Part shown: positions 1 to 8,499 of the stretch, piece after piece | Layout of the letters: every line of letters begins with the position of its first letter | Position numbering within the stretch: position 1 is the first letter of the stretch | Assembly (NCBI GenBank): GCA_043797665.1 | Contig: JAZDPL010000011.1 | Span: 1-61,011, forward strand | Length of the DNA: 61,011 bases | Origin: Candidatus Omnitrophota bacterium | GTDB lineage: Bacteria; Ratteibacteria; UBA8468; MWAK01 | Reading direction: 5' to 3' | The notes under the pieces: model-generated | The model's database searches: none | What the model saw: the letters and a program-made list of their open reading frames with translations, nothing else | What the model was told of the DNA's origin: nothing | Translations under genes and position numbers: made by a program

Positions 1-99
1 TCTGGCGTTAAGAAGGTGGGTTTCCAGAAGATGTCTTTCCTGGCGTAGTTTAGAAATAAGTTGTTTTACTATGTCTTTGCTCAAAATTTGCCTATTCAT
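1..99 (-). CDS. 5' end of a hypothetical protein running off the window (MNRQILSKDIVKQLISKLRQERHLLETHLLNAR...)
   Basis: Open frame from ATG at 99 to the window edge, with a sigma70-like promoter upstream. Confidence 0.5.
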   Translation of the reverse strand, partial: MNRQILSKDIVKQLISKLRQERHLLETHLLNAR

Positions 100-127
100 A
101 AATTGTCAATATTTTATACTGGTTATG

Positions 128-157
128 ATTTTAACATAAAAGCAAAAACGGTGTCAA
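128..157 (-). promoter_or_regulatory. sigma70-like promoter TTGACA-N18-TAAAAT
   Basis: TGTCAA at 152-157 and ATTTTA at 128-133 on the + strand. Confidence 0.55.
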
Positions 158-241
158 GAGGCTGACAAAACAGGGGGTTATACCTGGAAATCTTAAGAAT
201 AAAGCGGATCTCCGGAGGCTATTCCTTATGTCGGAATTTTA

Positions 242-365
242 GTAAATATTCAGTGAAGTACGTTATGTTAGGCGAAAAATGTAGGGGTCGGATTCATCCG
301 ACCCGAATAAGCGGGCTTGATGAATCAAGCCCCTACCTTGCTAACGGTGTTCACTGAGTATTTAC
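242..365. mobile_element. MITE-like unit with 16-bp inverted ends GTAAATAYTCAGTGAA enclosing a REP doublet
   Basis: GTAAATATTCAGTGAA at 242-257 and TTCACTGAGTATTTAC at 350-365 (1 mismatch); a further 21-bp perfect inverted copy of 242-262 lies at 14043-14063. Confidence 0.6.
281..336. repeat. GTAG-type REP inverted doublet
   Basis: GTAGGGGTCGGATTCATCCGACCC...GGGCTTGATGAATCAAGCCCCTAC. Confidence 0.9.
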
Positions 366-370
366 CCGTG

Positions 371-503
371 TTAAAGAAGTTTTAAGAATTGGACAGGAGT
401 TAGGAGGGGAATTTTACGAAAAGGAGAAAGAACGAGCAAATCCTTGTCACCCGTAATAATAAAATATATTGGTATCAATTACTACCTTTGGTATTTCTCT
501 CAT
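371..503 (-). pseudogene. PIN-domain toxin remnant with large internal deletion and frameshift
   Basis: MREIPKVVIDTNIF joined out of frame to IITGDKDLLVLSPFRKIPLLTPVQFLKLL*, matching the N- and C-terminal motifs of the intact PIN at 14060-14479. Confidence 0.8.
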
Positions 504-741
504 ATCTTTCTTGTCTCACTTCCTCACATATGCGGGTAATTTCTTCATCAAAAATCGGGGTCCCTTCTTTATATCTTTTTCTAATTCCGGAAACAAGTTC
601 CGTCCATCTTTCCCTTCTTGTTTCTCTTTCCAAGCGTTTAAGAAGTTTAAGTTTCTCAGCGACATCAAGTTGTTCTATAACCGATTCTACTTGTTTTGTG
701 TCGATTTCAACCATTACCTTTCCCATATCTATCACCTCCAA
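475..741 (-). CDS. Small helical protein, probable antitoxin of the PIN remnant
   Basis: 88-aa charged ORF overlapping the start of the PIN remnant. Confidence 0.65.
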   Translation of the reverse strand: MEVIDMGKVMVEIDTKQVESVIEQLDVAEKLKLLKRLERETRRERWTELVSGIRKRYKEGTPIFDEEITRICEEVRQERYERNTKGSN

Positions 742-746
742 CTTTA

Positions 747-2207
747 TTATATCACATTAAGGAAGGTTAAAATATCCTCCATCTTCAGGAAGCGGGAGCC
801 TTTCAGGAAAACAAAGGTGCCGGGACTTAGATGTTTCCGGATAATTCCGGCGGCGGTCTGGTTGTCCCTGGCAAACCGGAGCCGGCGGTACGGAAAACCG
901 GCCTGCATAGCACCGGCACAGACTGCTCGTTTCTCCGGACCAATCAAAAGGAGAAAATCCGGTCTGAGCCGGGCAAGAAATTTGCCTAAACTTAGGTGGC
1001 TTATGGTGGAAAACCGGCCCAATTCTGCCATAGAACCCGCTACCACTATCTTTTTGTTCTCTCCGGCCAGCCGGTAAAAATCAGAAAGCGCCAGGCGAAA
1101 CGAGGTCGGGTTGGCATTGTAGGTATCGTCAACAAAATAGACCCCGGCCTTTTTTTTAAGTTCAAACCGGTGCGGAAGGCTTTTAAAACTCTTCAACCTC
1201 TTTACCAAAACGTCTTCCTTGACCCCGAACTCCAGGGTAAGGGCTATTGCCGCCAGGACGTTCTTAAGGTTGCAGGAACTGAAAAGGGGAACTTTGATGG
1301 AAAGAGGCTCTCCTTTTTTGCGATGCAGGATAAACGAGGCACCCTTTGAATCAAACTTAGGGGGTGTCGCACCCCCCTTAACCTCTCTCAGAAAATAATC
1401 CGCGGTCGTTTTGAAACCAAAGGTAATCTTTCGGGCAACCGGAAAAGAAGAAAGAAAAGGGAAGAAGGTATCATCTGCCGGAAGGAACGCCGTAGCGTCT
1501 TTTACGGAAGCGAGATACGCTAACAGTTCTGCCTTGGCATGAGCAATTTCCTCACGACTGCGGAAGAAACCCAGGTGGGCGGAACCGATATTGGTAATCA
1601 TTCCGTATTGGGGTTGAGCCGCTTCACTCAAAGCGGCAATCTCGCCCGGATGGTTCATGCCTAATTCTAAAACCGCCACATCGTGTCTTTTGGTTATGCT
1701 TAAGAGGGAAAGGGGCAGTCCAATCTCGTTATTGAAATTCCCGGGGTTAGCCAGTACCTTATAGGAATCTTTTAAGATGTGGGTTATTAACTCTTTGGTG
1801 GTGGTCTTACCGCAGCTTCCGGTGAGGCAGATTACCGGAATCCGGAACTTCCGGCGATAGTTCTTGGCAATGGCCAAAAGGGCTTGCCGGGTATCTTTAA
1901 CTTCTATTAAGATGAAATCACCCCCTCCGCACCTCCCCCCTCGAGGAGGAGGATTAAGGTGGGGGGGAGGAACCTTTGCCGGAGAAAAATAACCAGTAGA
2001 GTAGAAGGAACCGCGGGCGCCTTTCCGGGCCGCGTCAAAAATGAATTTGTGTCCGTCAAATATGGAACCGGAAATCGGGATGAAAAAGTCTCCCGGACGG
2101 ATATTCCGCGTATCAGTGGAGAAGGATTTGATAATACACTCTTCTTTTCCCTGACGCAGGGTTCCGCTGGTCCAGGCTAAAGCTTCTTTAAGGGTTATCG
2201 GTTCCAT
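747..2207 (-). CDS. murF: UDP-N-acetylmuramoyl-tripeptide--D-Ala-D-Ala ligase, with in-frame repeat-derived insertions
   Basis: TGSCGKTTTKE, NFNNEIGLP, ELGMNHPGEI, DDTYNANP, KGSR motifs; dcw context. Confidence 0.95.
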   Translation of the reverse strand: MEPITLKEALAWTSGTLRQGKEECIIKSFSTDTRNIRPGDFFIPISGSIFDGHKFIFDAARKGARGSFYSTGYFSPAKVPPPHLNPPPRGGRCGGGDFILIEVKDTRQALLAIAKNYRRKFRIPVICLTGSCGKTTTKELITHILKDSYKVLANPGNFNNEIGLPLSLLSITKRHDVAVLELGMNHPGEIAALSEAAQPQYGMITNIGSAHLGFFRSREEIAHAKAELLAYLASVKDATAFLPADDTFFPFLSSFPVARKITFGFKTTADYFLREVKGGATPPKFDSKGASFILHRKKGEPLSIKVPLFSSCNLKNVLAAIALTLEFGVKEDVLVKRLKSFKSLPHRFELKKKAGVYFVDDTYNANPTSFRLALSDFYRLAGENKKIVVAGSMAELGRFSTISHLSLGKFLARLRPDFLLLIGPEKRAVCAGAMQAGFPYRRLRFARDNQTAAGIIRKHLSPGTFVFLKGSRFLKMEDILTFLNVI

Positions 2208-2223
2208 ACCCCCCACCTTCATT

Positions 2224-2287
2224 AGATTCTTCGTTTCACTCAGAACGACATACTACGTCGGATTCTTCGCTAACGCTCAGAATGACA
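2224..2287. repeat. Two tandem GATTCTTCG...CTCAGAAyGACA palindromic repeats (family 2)
   Basis: Copies at 2224-2250 and 2260-2287; the second encodes the glycerate kinase C-terminus. Confidence 0.85.
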
Positions 2288-3415
2288 AATTGTTTTGAGG
2301 AGGGAGGCGACTTCGGCGCTGGCGGCAAGTAAGAACTCTTCCGCTTTATCCATCGCCTCTTTTAAGGTGCAAGGACCAGGTAGAATCGGGAAGATGGCAG
2401 TAATTCCGTATCTCCGGAGTTCCTCTGCTTCCGGCGTGCGGGAGCCGCAGAAAGCAACCACCGGAATATTAAGATTTTTGCCTGCCTTCGCTACACCCAG
2501 GAGCGCTTTGCCAAACTTTACCTGAAAGTCAATCCTGCCCTCACCGGTAATAATCAAGTCTGCGGCCTTAACTTTTTCCGGAAATTCCACCAGGTCCAGA
2601 ACAAGTTCAATACCTCTCTTTATCCTGGCACCCAAAAAAGCGTAAAGCCCGGCCCCAAGACCTCCGGCGGCGCCACCTGCCGGAAGAGATGAAATCTCTT
2701 TGCCTAAATCTTTGGCGATAACCCGGGCAAGATTGCTCAGTCCCGCTTCTAAAACCTTTACCTGTTCCGGATCCGCACCTTTCTGTGGTCCGTAGACACA
2801 GGCCGCGCCCTCCTTGCCTAAAAGGAGATTATTCACATCAGCCGCCACCAGTATTTCCACCTTTTTTATGGCCGGCTCTAAACCGGAAACGTCAATCCTG
2901 GCTAACCTCTTTAATCCTCCGCCACCGTCAGGAATCTCTTTCCCTTTCCGGTCCAAAAACTTTATACCTAACGCCCTGGCCATGCCTGTTCCGCCGTCAG
3001 ACGTGGCACTTCCGCCGATTCCGATAATTAACCGCTTAACATTGCGTTTGAGTGCGTCCGCAATCAATTGACCGGTGCCATAAGTAGAAGCCTTCAGGGG
3101 ATTACGTTCTTCCGGTTTTAAAAGGGTTAAACCACTGGCTGACGCCATCTCCAGAACTGCGGTCTTTCCATCCGGCAGAACTCCGTAAGATGCTTTCATT
3201 GGTCTGCCCAAAGGGTCGGAAACATTACCGGATAATCTTTTGCCGCCTATTCCGGAGAGCAGAACATCAACCAGTCCTTCCCCACCGTCGGAAATCGGCA
3301 GAAGAGAATATTTTGCGCGGGGGAAAGAACGAAGAAAACCTTTCTTGATAATTTTTGCGGCGGTAATTGCGGAGAGACTGCCCTTAAAGGAATCCGGGGC
3401 GATTATAATTTTCAT
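2270..3415 (-). CDS. glxK: Glycerate kinase (GlxK/GarK family)
   Basis: IIAPDSFKGSLSA, DGGEG, GIGGSATSDGG, GAAGGLG, ITGEG motifs. Confidence 0.93.
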   Translation of the reverse strand: MKIIIAPDSFKGSLSAITAAKIIKKGFLRSFPRAKYSLLPISDGGEGLVDVLLSGIGGKRLSGNVSDPLGRPMKASYGVLPDGKTAVLEMASASGLTLLKPEERNPLKASTYGTGQLIADALKRNVKRLIIGIGGSATSDGGTGMARALGIKFLDRKGKEIPDGGGGLKRLARIDVSGLEPAIKKVEILVAADVNNLLLGKEGAACVYGPQKGADPEQVKVLEAGLSNLARVIAKDLGKEISSLPAGGAAGGLGAGLYAFLGARIKRGIELVLDLVEFPEKVKAADLIITGEGRIDFQVKFGKALLGVAKAGKNLNIPVVAFCGSRTPEAEELRRYGITAIFPILPGPCTLKEAMDKAEEFLLAASAEVASLLKTICHSER

Positions 3416-4908
3416 TGCGAGAGAAATTTTCTGGCGACCAGCCGGTCGTCAAAAGGAATAATCGTATCCTTAAGAATCTGGTAAGTTTCGTGACCCTTGC
3501 CGGCAATTAGTACGATGTCGCCTTTTTTAGCCAGAGAAATGATTCGCTGAATCGCTTCCAGCCGGTTCGGAATCACTTCGTACTTCTTTTCCAGATTCGG
3601 AGATATCCCGGCCTGAATATCTTTGATGATGGCCATCGGGTCTTCGGTACGCGGGTTATCGGAAGTAAGCACAAGGTAGTCCGCGTAAGTTACCGCGAGC
3701 AGACCCATCTTGGAACGTTTACTCTTATCCCGGTCTCCGCCGCACCCAAAGATGAGAAGAATCCGGCGGCTGCGGTCACCCGAAGCCTCACGAACACCGA
3801 GCGCGGTTAAGAGAAGATTTTTCAGGCCGATATCGGTATGGGCGTAATCAACGATGACCCGAAAGCCTAATCCATTCTCAACCTCTTCAAAACGACCCGG
3901 TACCACCTTTAAATCGGCAATGCCCTGCCGGATGGTCTCTAAAGGGAAACCTTCACCGACTCCAAAGGCTAACGCGGCCAGGGCATTGTAAGCGTTGTGC
4001 TGACCGGGAAGGTTCACCGCAATGTCCACATTCCCCATTGGCGTACGCGCCTGGAAAGAAACACCTTTTTCCTTAGAAATAAGTCTGAATCCCCGCACCA
4101 TTGAGGGAAAACGGAAACCGAAGGTCAAGAGTTTTACGCCTCTGGGAACGGAACGATAAAAGTACCGGCTTGAGGAATCATCCCGGTTAATGACCGCGAT
4201 GCGATTCTCTTTGTTACTTTCTGCCAGGTATTTTGAAAAAAGGCTGGCTTTTGCCGAGAGATAGTTACGGAAGGTACGGTGATAGTCAAGGTGTTCATGG
4301 GGAGTGGCGTTGGTGAAGATACCGACGTCAAAAGGAATCCCGCTCACCCGGCCCTGCGCCAGCCCATGCGAAGAGACCTCCATTACCGCATACCGGCATT
4401 TGGCATCCACCATCTGGGCAAATATCTCCTGAATGTCCAGGGTCCCCGGTGTGGTATTGAGCGCCGGCACCTGACGGTCTGCCACCCGATAGTTCACGGT
4501 ACCGATTACGCCTGAGGTCTTGCCGGCCGAAGCAACCACCTTCTCGATAAGATAAGTGACGGTGGTCTTGCCGTTCGTACCGGTGACGCCGACCACCCGT
4601 AACTTCTGACCGGGCTGCCGGTAAAAACGGTTTGCTAATTCCGGCAGATACGTTCGGGTGTCAGTTACTGAAATTACTACGGCCCGGCCAGCCGGTTCAA
4701 ATTCGTTCCGGATTACCAGAGCCTTAGCCCCGCGCTCCAAAGCATCGGAAAGGTACCGGTGCCCGTCCTCTTTTTCTCCCACGACCGCGACGTAGAGGTA
4801 CCCGGGCCGAACCTTCCGGCTGTCAGCCGTAATTCCGGTAATGTCCGGGTTTTCCGAGCCGGTGACTTTCTTCACGGACAAACCATCAATCAGGTCTCGC
4901 AATTTCAT
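3412..4908 (-). CDS. murE: UDP-MurNAc-L-Ala-D-Glu--meso-diaminopimelate ligase
   Basis: GVTGTNGKTT, MEVSSH, DYAHT, FGCGGDRD, DNPR (DAP-type), AGKGHE. Confidence 0.96.
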   Translation of the reverse strand: MKLRDLIDGLSVKKVTGSENPDITGITADSRKVRPGYLYVAVVGEKEDGHRYLSDALERGAKALVIRNEFEPAGRAVVISVTDTRTYLPELANRFYRQPGQKLRVVGVTGTNGKTTVTYLIEKVVASAGKTSGVIGTVNYRVADRQVPALNTTPGTLDIQEIFAQMVDAKCRYAVMEVSSHGLAQGRVSGIPFDVGIFTNATPHEHLDYHRTFRNYLSAKASLFSKYLAESNKENRIAVINRDDSSSRYFYRSVPRGVKLLTFGFRFPSMVRGFRLISKEKGVSFQARTPMGNVDIAVNLPGQHNAYNALAALAFGVGEGFPLETIRQGIADLKVVPGRFEEVENGLGFRVIVDYAHTDIGLKNLLLTALGVREASGDRSRRILLIFGCGGDRDKSKRSKMGLLAVTYADYLVLTSDNPRTEDPMAIIKDIQAGISPNLEKKYEVIPNRLEAIQRIISLAKKGDIVLIAGKGHETYQILKDTIIPFDDRLVARKFLSQ

Positions 4909-4924
4909 AATTTCTGTAACATCC

Positions 4925-6643
4925 TTAATTGGTTAAGGTTTCTTTATTCGGTCCGGTATCAACAGAATTGTTTTGCTGTAATTCGGTTACTACTTCGCGG
5001 TCCGGCGGGATATCCAGAACCAGAAGGGTTCTCTGCCCAATCCGGTTAAAGGCCGGTCCGGCCACCACACCGCCGTAATAGGAACCTTTGGGTTCATCCG
5101 CCATAACGAAGATAATCAGGTTCCGGTGCGTGGTCTTTATAAAACCCGCGAAGGAAGCAAAAAACTTGTTGTGGGAATAATGTCCGCCCACCACTTTTTG
5201 GGCGGTTCCGGTTTTGCCGCCCACAAAATAGCCCGGGATGTCAGCCCAACGCGCGGTTCCTTCTTCCGTGGTAACCTCGCTAAGAATCTCGCTCAAAGTC
5301 CCGGTTGTCTTTTTTGAAATGACCTCTCTGGCTGGAGGTTTTTGCGTCTGCGGATATAACAAGAGATACGGCCGGTAATACTTGCCCCCATTAACGATGG
5401 CCGCCAGGGCTACGGAACATTGGAGTGCGGTGGCACCCACCTCCTGACCGATGGGAATAGCGGTAATTGAATATCCGGACCACCTGGCAAGGGGCCTCAA
5501 GATTCCGGAAATCTCACCCGGCAGGTCAATGCCGGTCTCTTTGCCGAAACCAAAAACCTCGGCATATTTATACATTTTCTTTTCGCCTAACCTCAGTCCT
5601 ACCTTTACGGTACCGATGTTACTGCTCTTGACGATTACCTCCCGGAAAGAAATGGTACCGTAGGGATGGGCATCGTGTAAAACGTGCCCCCGGACAAAAA
5701 ACTTCCCTGCCTCGCAGAAGATTAGGTCCTCGGGCCGAACCAGGTTCTCTTCCAGACCCGCGGCCGCGGTAATTATTTTAAATACCGAACCCGGCTCAAA
5801 GAGGTCGGTGATAGCCCGGTTTCTTCGGAAATCTATCGGATAAAGATTAGGCTGGTTGGGGTCATACGTGGGCCGGTTAGCCAGGGCTAATATTTCACCG
5901 TTATTGGCGTCCAGAACGATTCCCACGACTCCCCGCGGTGAATATGCCTCAAAAACCCGCTCAATCTCTTCTTCCAGAACACGTTGTACGCGCCGGTCAA
6001 TCGTCAGATAGACGTCCTGACCCGGCTGGGGTGCATCACCCTTATTATAAGAAGGGATTGACCTCCCCCGGCCGTCCCTGAGAATATTGGTCTTTCCGTC
6101 TTTACCCACCAGAAGATGGTTATATTCTTTTTCAATCCCCTCTAACCCTTTCCCGTCTATATTCACTACACCTGTAATATGACTGGCAAATTCACCCTCG
6201 GGATAAAAACGGCAGTAGGTCTCCTGAAATCCGATACCCTCTATCTTCAAATCCCGAACCGTCACGTAATCATCATAATCCAGACGCCGCTTCAGCCAGA
6301 CAAACCCTTTACCCGAAGAAAGAACCGCGGTTAACTGAACCGGAGATTCGTCAAGAATCGGCGCTAACCTTTCCGCCACGGATGCGGGAGGCTCTTTTAA
6401 ATATTTGGGTTCGGCGTAAAGAGCGTAATATTTGACTGAAACAGCCAGCGGCTTTCCGCTGCGGTCGTAAATTGTACCCCGGGATGCCGGAAGTAAAATG
6501 GTCCTAAAGTGTTCCGCCCTTGCCCGGCGCTTCAATTCCGGCGCATCTTTTATTTGCAGCGTTGCCAGTCTTAAAAAGAGGAGCCCGAAGCAGACAAGAA
6601 AATTTAGCCGGACCAGATCCAGCCTGTTCTTCGGTTTTACCAT
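4925..6643 (-). CDS. ftsI: Class B penicillin-binding protein (PBP3)
   Basis: RGTIYDR, GLEGIE, SVFK (SxxK), SSN, KTGT; dcw position. Confidence 0.9.
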   Translation of the reverse strand: MVKPKNRLDLVRLNFLVCFGLLFLRLATLQIKDAPELKRRARAEHFRTILLPASRGTIYDRSGKPLAVSVKYYALYAEPKYLKEPPASVAERLAPILDESPVQLTAVLSSGKGFVWLKRRLDYDDYVTVRDLKIEGIGFQETYCRFYPEGEFASHITGVVNIDGKGLEGIEKEYNHLLVGKDGKTNILRDGRGRSIPSYNKGDAPQPGQDVYLTIDRRVQRVLEEEIERVFEAYSPRGVVGIVLDANNGEILALANRPTYDPNQPNLYPIDFRRNRAITDLFEPGSVFKIITAAAGLEENLVRPEDLIFCEAGKFFVRGHVLHDAHPYGTISFREVIVKSSNIGTVKVGLRLGEKKMYKYAEVFGFGKETGIDLPGEISGILRPLARWSGYSITAIPIGQEVGATALQCSVALAAIVNGGKYYRPYLLLYPQTQKPPAREVISKKTTGTLSEILSEVTTEEGTARWADIPGYFVGGKTGTAQKVVGGHYSHNKFFASFAGFIKTTHRNLIIFVMADEPKGSYYGGVVAGPAFNRIGQRTLLVLDIPPDREVVTELQQNNSVDTGPNKETLTN

Positions 6644-6652
6644 AAGTTTGTA

Positions 6653-6973
6653 TTATTTGACGGGTTCCCTACCATCAAGGTAGGGGTCCCGGATGTATAA
6701 ATAATAGATGTTCCACTCTTTTGGCTCTATCAAAGGTAACCGGAATTCCCGCAGCCTCTGCCTTATTGCGGACACATTCTGCAGTGCTACTATCCGGGTA
6801 TGTAACTGCTGATTTTCCATCAGGAGTTCTTTATACTGCTCCTCGGTACTGTGAATCTGATACCCTAAATTGACGACGAAACCCTGCTGCCAGACATAAA
6901 AGAAGATGCCCATCAAAATAAAGATGGTATAATACCCGAAGGTAAGTTCCGGCTTCTTCCGTCGGGTAGACAT
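6653..6973 (-). CDS. ftsL: FtsL-like bitopic coiled-coil protein
   Basis: One TM helix plus coiled coil, located between rsmH and ftsI. Confidence 0.7.
   Translation of the reverse strand: MSTRRKKPELTFGYYTIFILMGIFFYVWQQGFVVNLGYQIHSTEEQYKELLMENQQLHTRIVALQNVSAIRQRLREFRLPLIEPKEWNIYYLYIRDPYLDGREPVK
6659..6690. repeat. CCCT-hairpin-AGGGAACCCG repeat (family 4) in the ftsL 3' end
   Basis: 32-bp exact reverse complement of 31703-31734. Confidence 0.85.
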
Positions 6974-6986
6974 TTTGTCTCCTTCA

Positions 6987-7080
6987 CCCCTCTCTTCTAA
7001 TCCCCCTTCTTCCCCCTTGCCAATCCTATGGCAAGTGCACCCGCCTTTGCAAAAGGGGAATTGAGGGGGATTCCCCCTTA
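6987..7080. repeat. Composite C/G-rich palindromic region including a family-4 hairpin at 7014-7043
   Basis: AATCCCCCT...AGGGGGATT outer arms; inner CTTGC-CAATCCTATG-GCAAG. Confidence 0.7.
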
Positions 7081-7081
7081 A

Positions 7082-7948
7082 TTATATCTTTTCTGCGGCG
7101 CGCAGACGGGCGCTCCGGCTGGCCGGGTTATCCAGGATTTCTGGCCGGTCCGGTTTAACCACCTTTTTAGTAATAACTTTCAGGTAGGGATTTGTCCGTA
7201 AAAAGTTTTTCACGATGCGGTCTTCCAGGGAATGATACGAAACAACCACTAACCTCCCGCCTGGTTTCAAAATATTAACCGCCTGGGGCAGGGATAACGC
7301 TAAGTTGCCCAATTCATTGTTGGCCGCGATCCGGAGCGCCTGAAAGACCCGGGTTGCCGGGTCCGTCCTGCCCTTCCTTCGTAAAACCTTACGGACAATC
7401 CCGGCTAATTCTCCGGTGGTACTGATAACATGCTTCTTCTCTTCCTCTTTAATCCGGCGTGCCAGCACCCGGCTTTCGCGAATCTCTCCGTAGCGGTACA
7501 GAATATCAGCCAGCGGGTCGGCGGATAAGTTCCGCAACAATTTTTGAACCGACTGACCTTCCGCCGGGTCATAGCGCATACAGAGCGGCTCATCCCTCTG
7601 AAAAGAAAAACCCCGGCCGCTTTCCGTCAAAAGGTAACTGGAAAGACCCAGGTCGTATACCACTCCGTCAACCTTTTCCACGCCGATTTCTGCCAGGATA
7701 TCCTTCAGATTCCGGAAGTTGCCTTTCAAAAAGGTGACCTTTTCCCGAAAAAGCGCCATCCGCTGCCGCGCCTTCTCCAGAGACTGGGAATCCTGGTCCA
7801 GGGAAATAAGTCTTATCTTTCCGCTGACACGTTCCAAAAGGGCTAAACTGTGTCCGCCGGTGCCGGTAGTGGCGTCAACAAAGACTCCGCCTCTTTCCGG
7901 TTGAAGGAACTCTAAGACCTTTGCGGTTAGGACCGGTGTGTGCAGCAT
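7082..7948 (-). CDS. rsmH: 16S rRNA m4C1402 methyltransferase
   Basis: HTPVL, DATTGTGGHS, DLGLSS, RGFSF, FQALRI, SYHSLEDRIVK. Confidence 0.96.
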   Translation of the reverse strand: MLHTPVLTAKVLEFLQPERGGVFVDATTGTGGHSLALLERVSGKIRLISLDQDSQSLEKARQRMALFREKVTFLKGNFRNLKDILAEIGVEKVDGVVYDLGLSSYLLTESGRGFSFQRDEPLCMRYDPAEGQSVQKLLRNLSADPLADILYRYGEIRESRVLARRIKEEEKKHVISTTGELAGIVRKVLRRKGRTDPATRVFQALRIAANNELGNLALSLPQAVNILKPGGRLVVVSYHSLEDRIVKNFLRTNPYLKVITKKVVKPDRPEILDNPASRSARLRAAEKI

Positions 7949-7969
7949 CTTGGGGGTTGCTCAACAAGT

Positions 7970-8367
7970 TTTCATTGCGGGAGCGTTAAGCCGGGTTCTG
8001 TTTAGGTAGCCATTTCTCTAAGCCCCGGCCTTTCGGCCGGGGTCAAGCAGTCCACCCGGGAGATTAACGGAACGGGCATCCATACTCCCTTACTTGACCT
8101 TGCTTCAGAGAGGAGTTTTCCAGACAAAAGACCTTGCGGTCTTTCCGGTGAGCTCTTACCTCGCCATTGCACCCTTACCCGCCTTCGCCAAGGCTACGAC
8201 GGGCAAGCCCGCCGAAACTTTAGTGTAGGGAGGGCGGTATCCTTTCTGTGGCACTTTCCATCTCCTTGCGGAGCCTGGGTGTTACCCAGTCTCGGCCCGA
8301 TTGAAGCCCGGACTTTCCTCAGCGGCCGGTACCCGGTCGCCGCAGCTACTTCACTCCCGCAATGAAA
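7970..8367 (-). ncRNA. rnpB: RNase P RNA (bacterial type A)
   Basis: Minus strand has GAGGAAAGTCCGGGC, GTGCCACAGAAA, GGTAAGAGC and ACAGAACCCGGCTTA; terminal P1 pairing TTTCATTGCGGGAG/CTCCCGCAATGAAA; typical position next to rnhA and rsmH. Confidence 0.95.
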
Positions 8368-8394
8368 GACTAATACAGAACGTAATAATTACAC

Positions 8395-8471
8395 TGCCAT
8401 TCCCGCATGTATTAAGCGGGAATCCAGTAATTAGGAGTATGGATTCCTGTTTACTATCCACAGGAATAACA
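8395..8471. repeat. Inverted pair of ATTCCyG...CrGGAAT palindromes (family 3)
   Basis: TGCCATTCCCGC...GCGGGAATCCA and TGGATTCCTGT...ACAGGAATAACA. Confidence 0.75.
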
Positions 8472-8499
8472 ACCATAAATATACATCCGTTACAAAAAA

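Noticed and set aside
242..365. Bona fide integron attC site
   Set aside because: Core-like motifs are in the reverse order for attC and no integrase is present; kept only as a remark
469..1077. 202-aa plus-strand ORF and the many other antisense or nested ORFs
   Set aside because: Shadow frames of well-supported genes
3765..3800. Possible in-frame insertion in murE (GVREASGDRS)
   Set aside because: Variable loop, no second copy in the window and no clear palindrome
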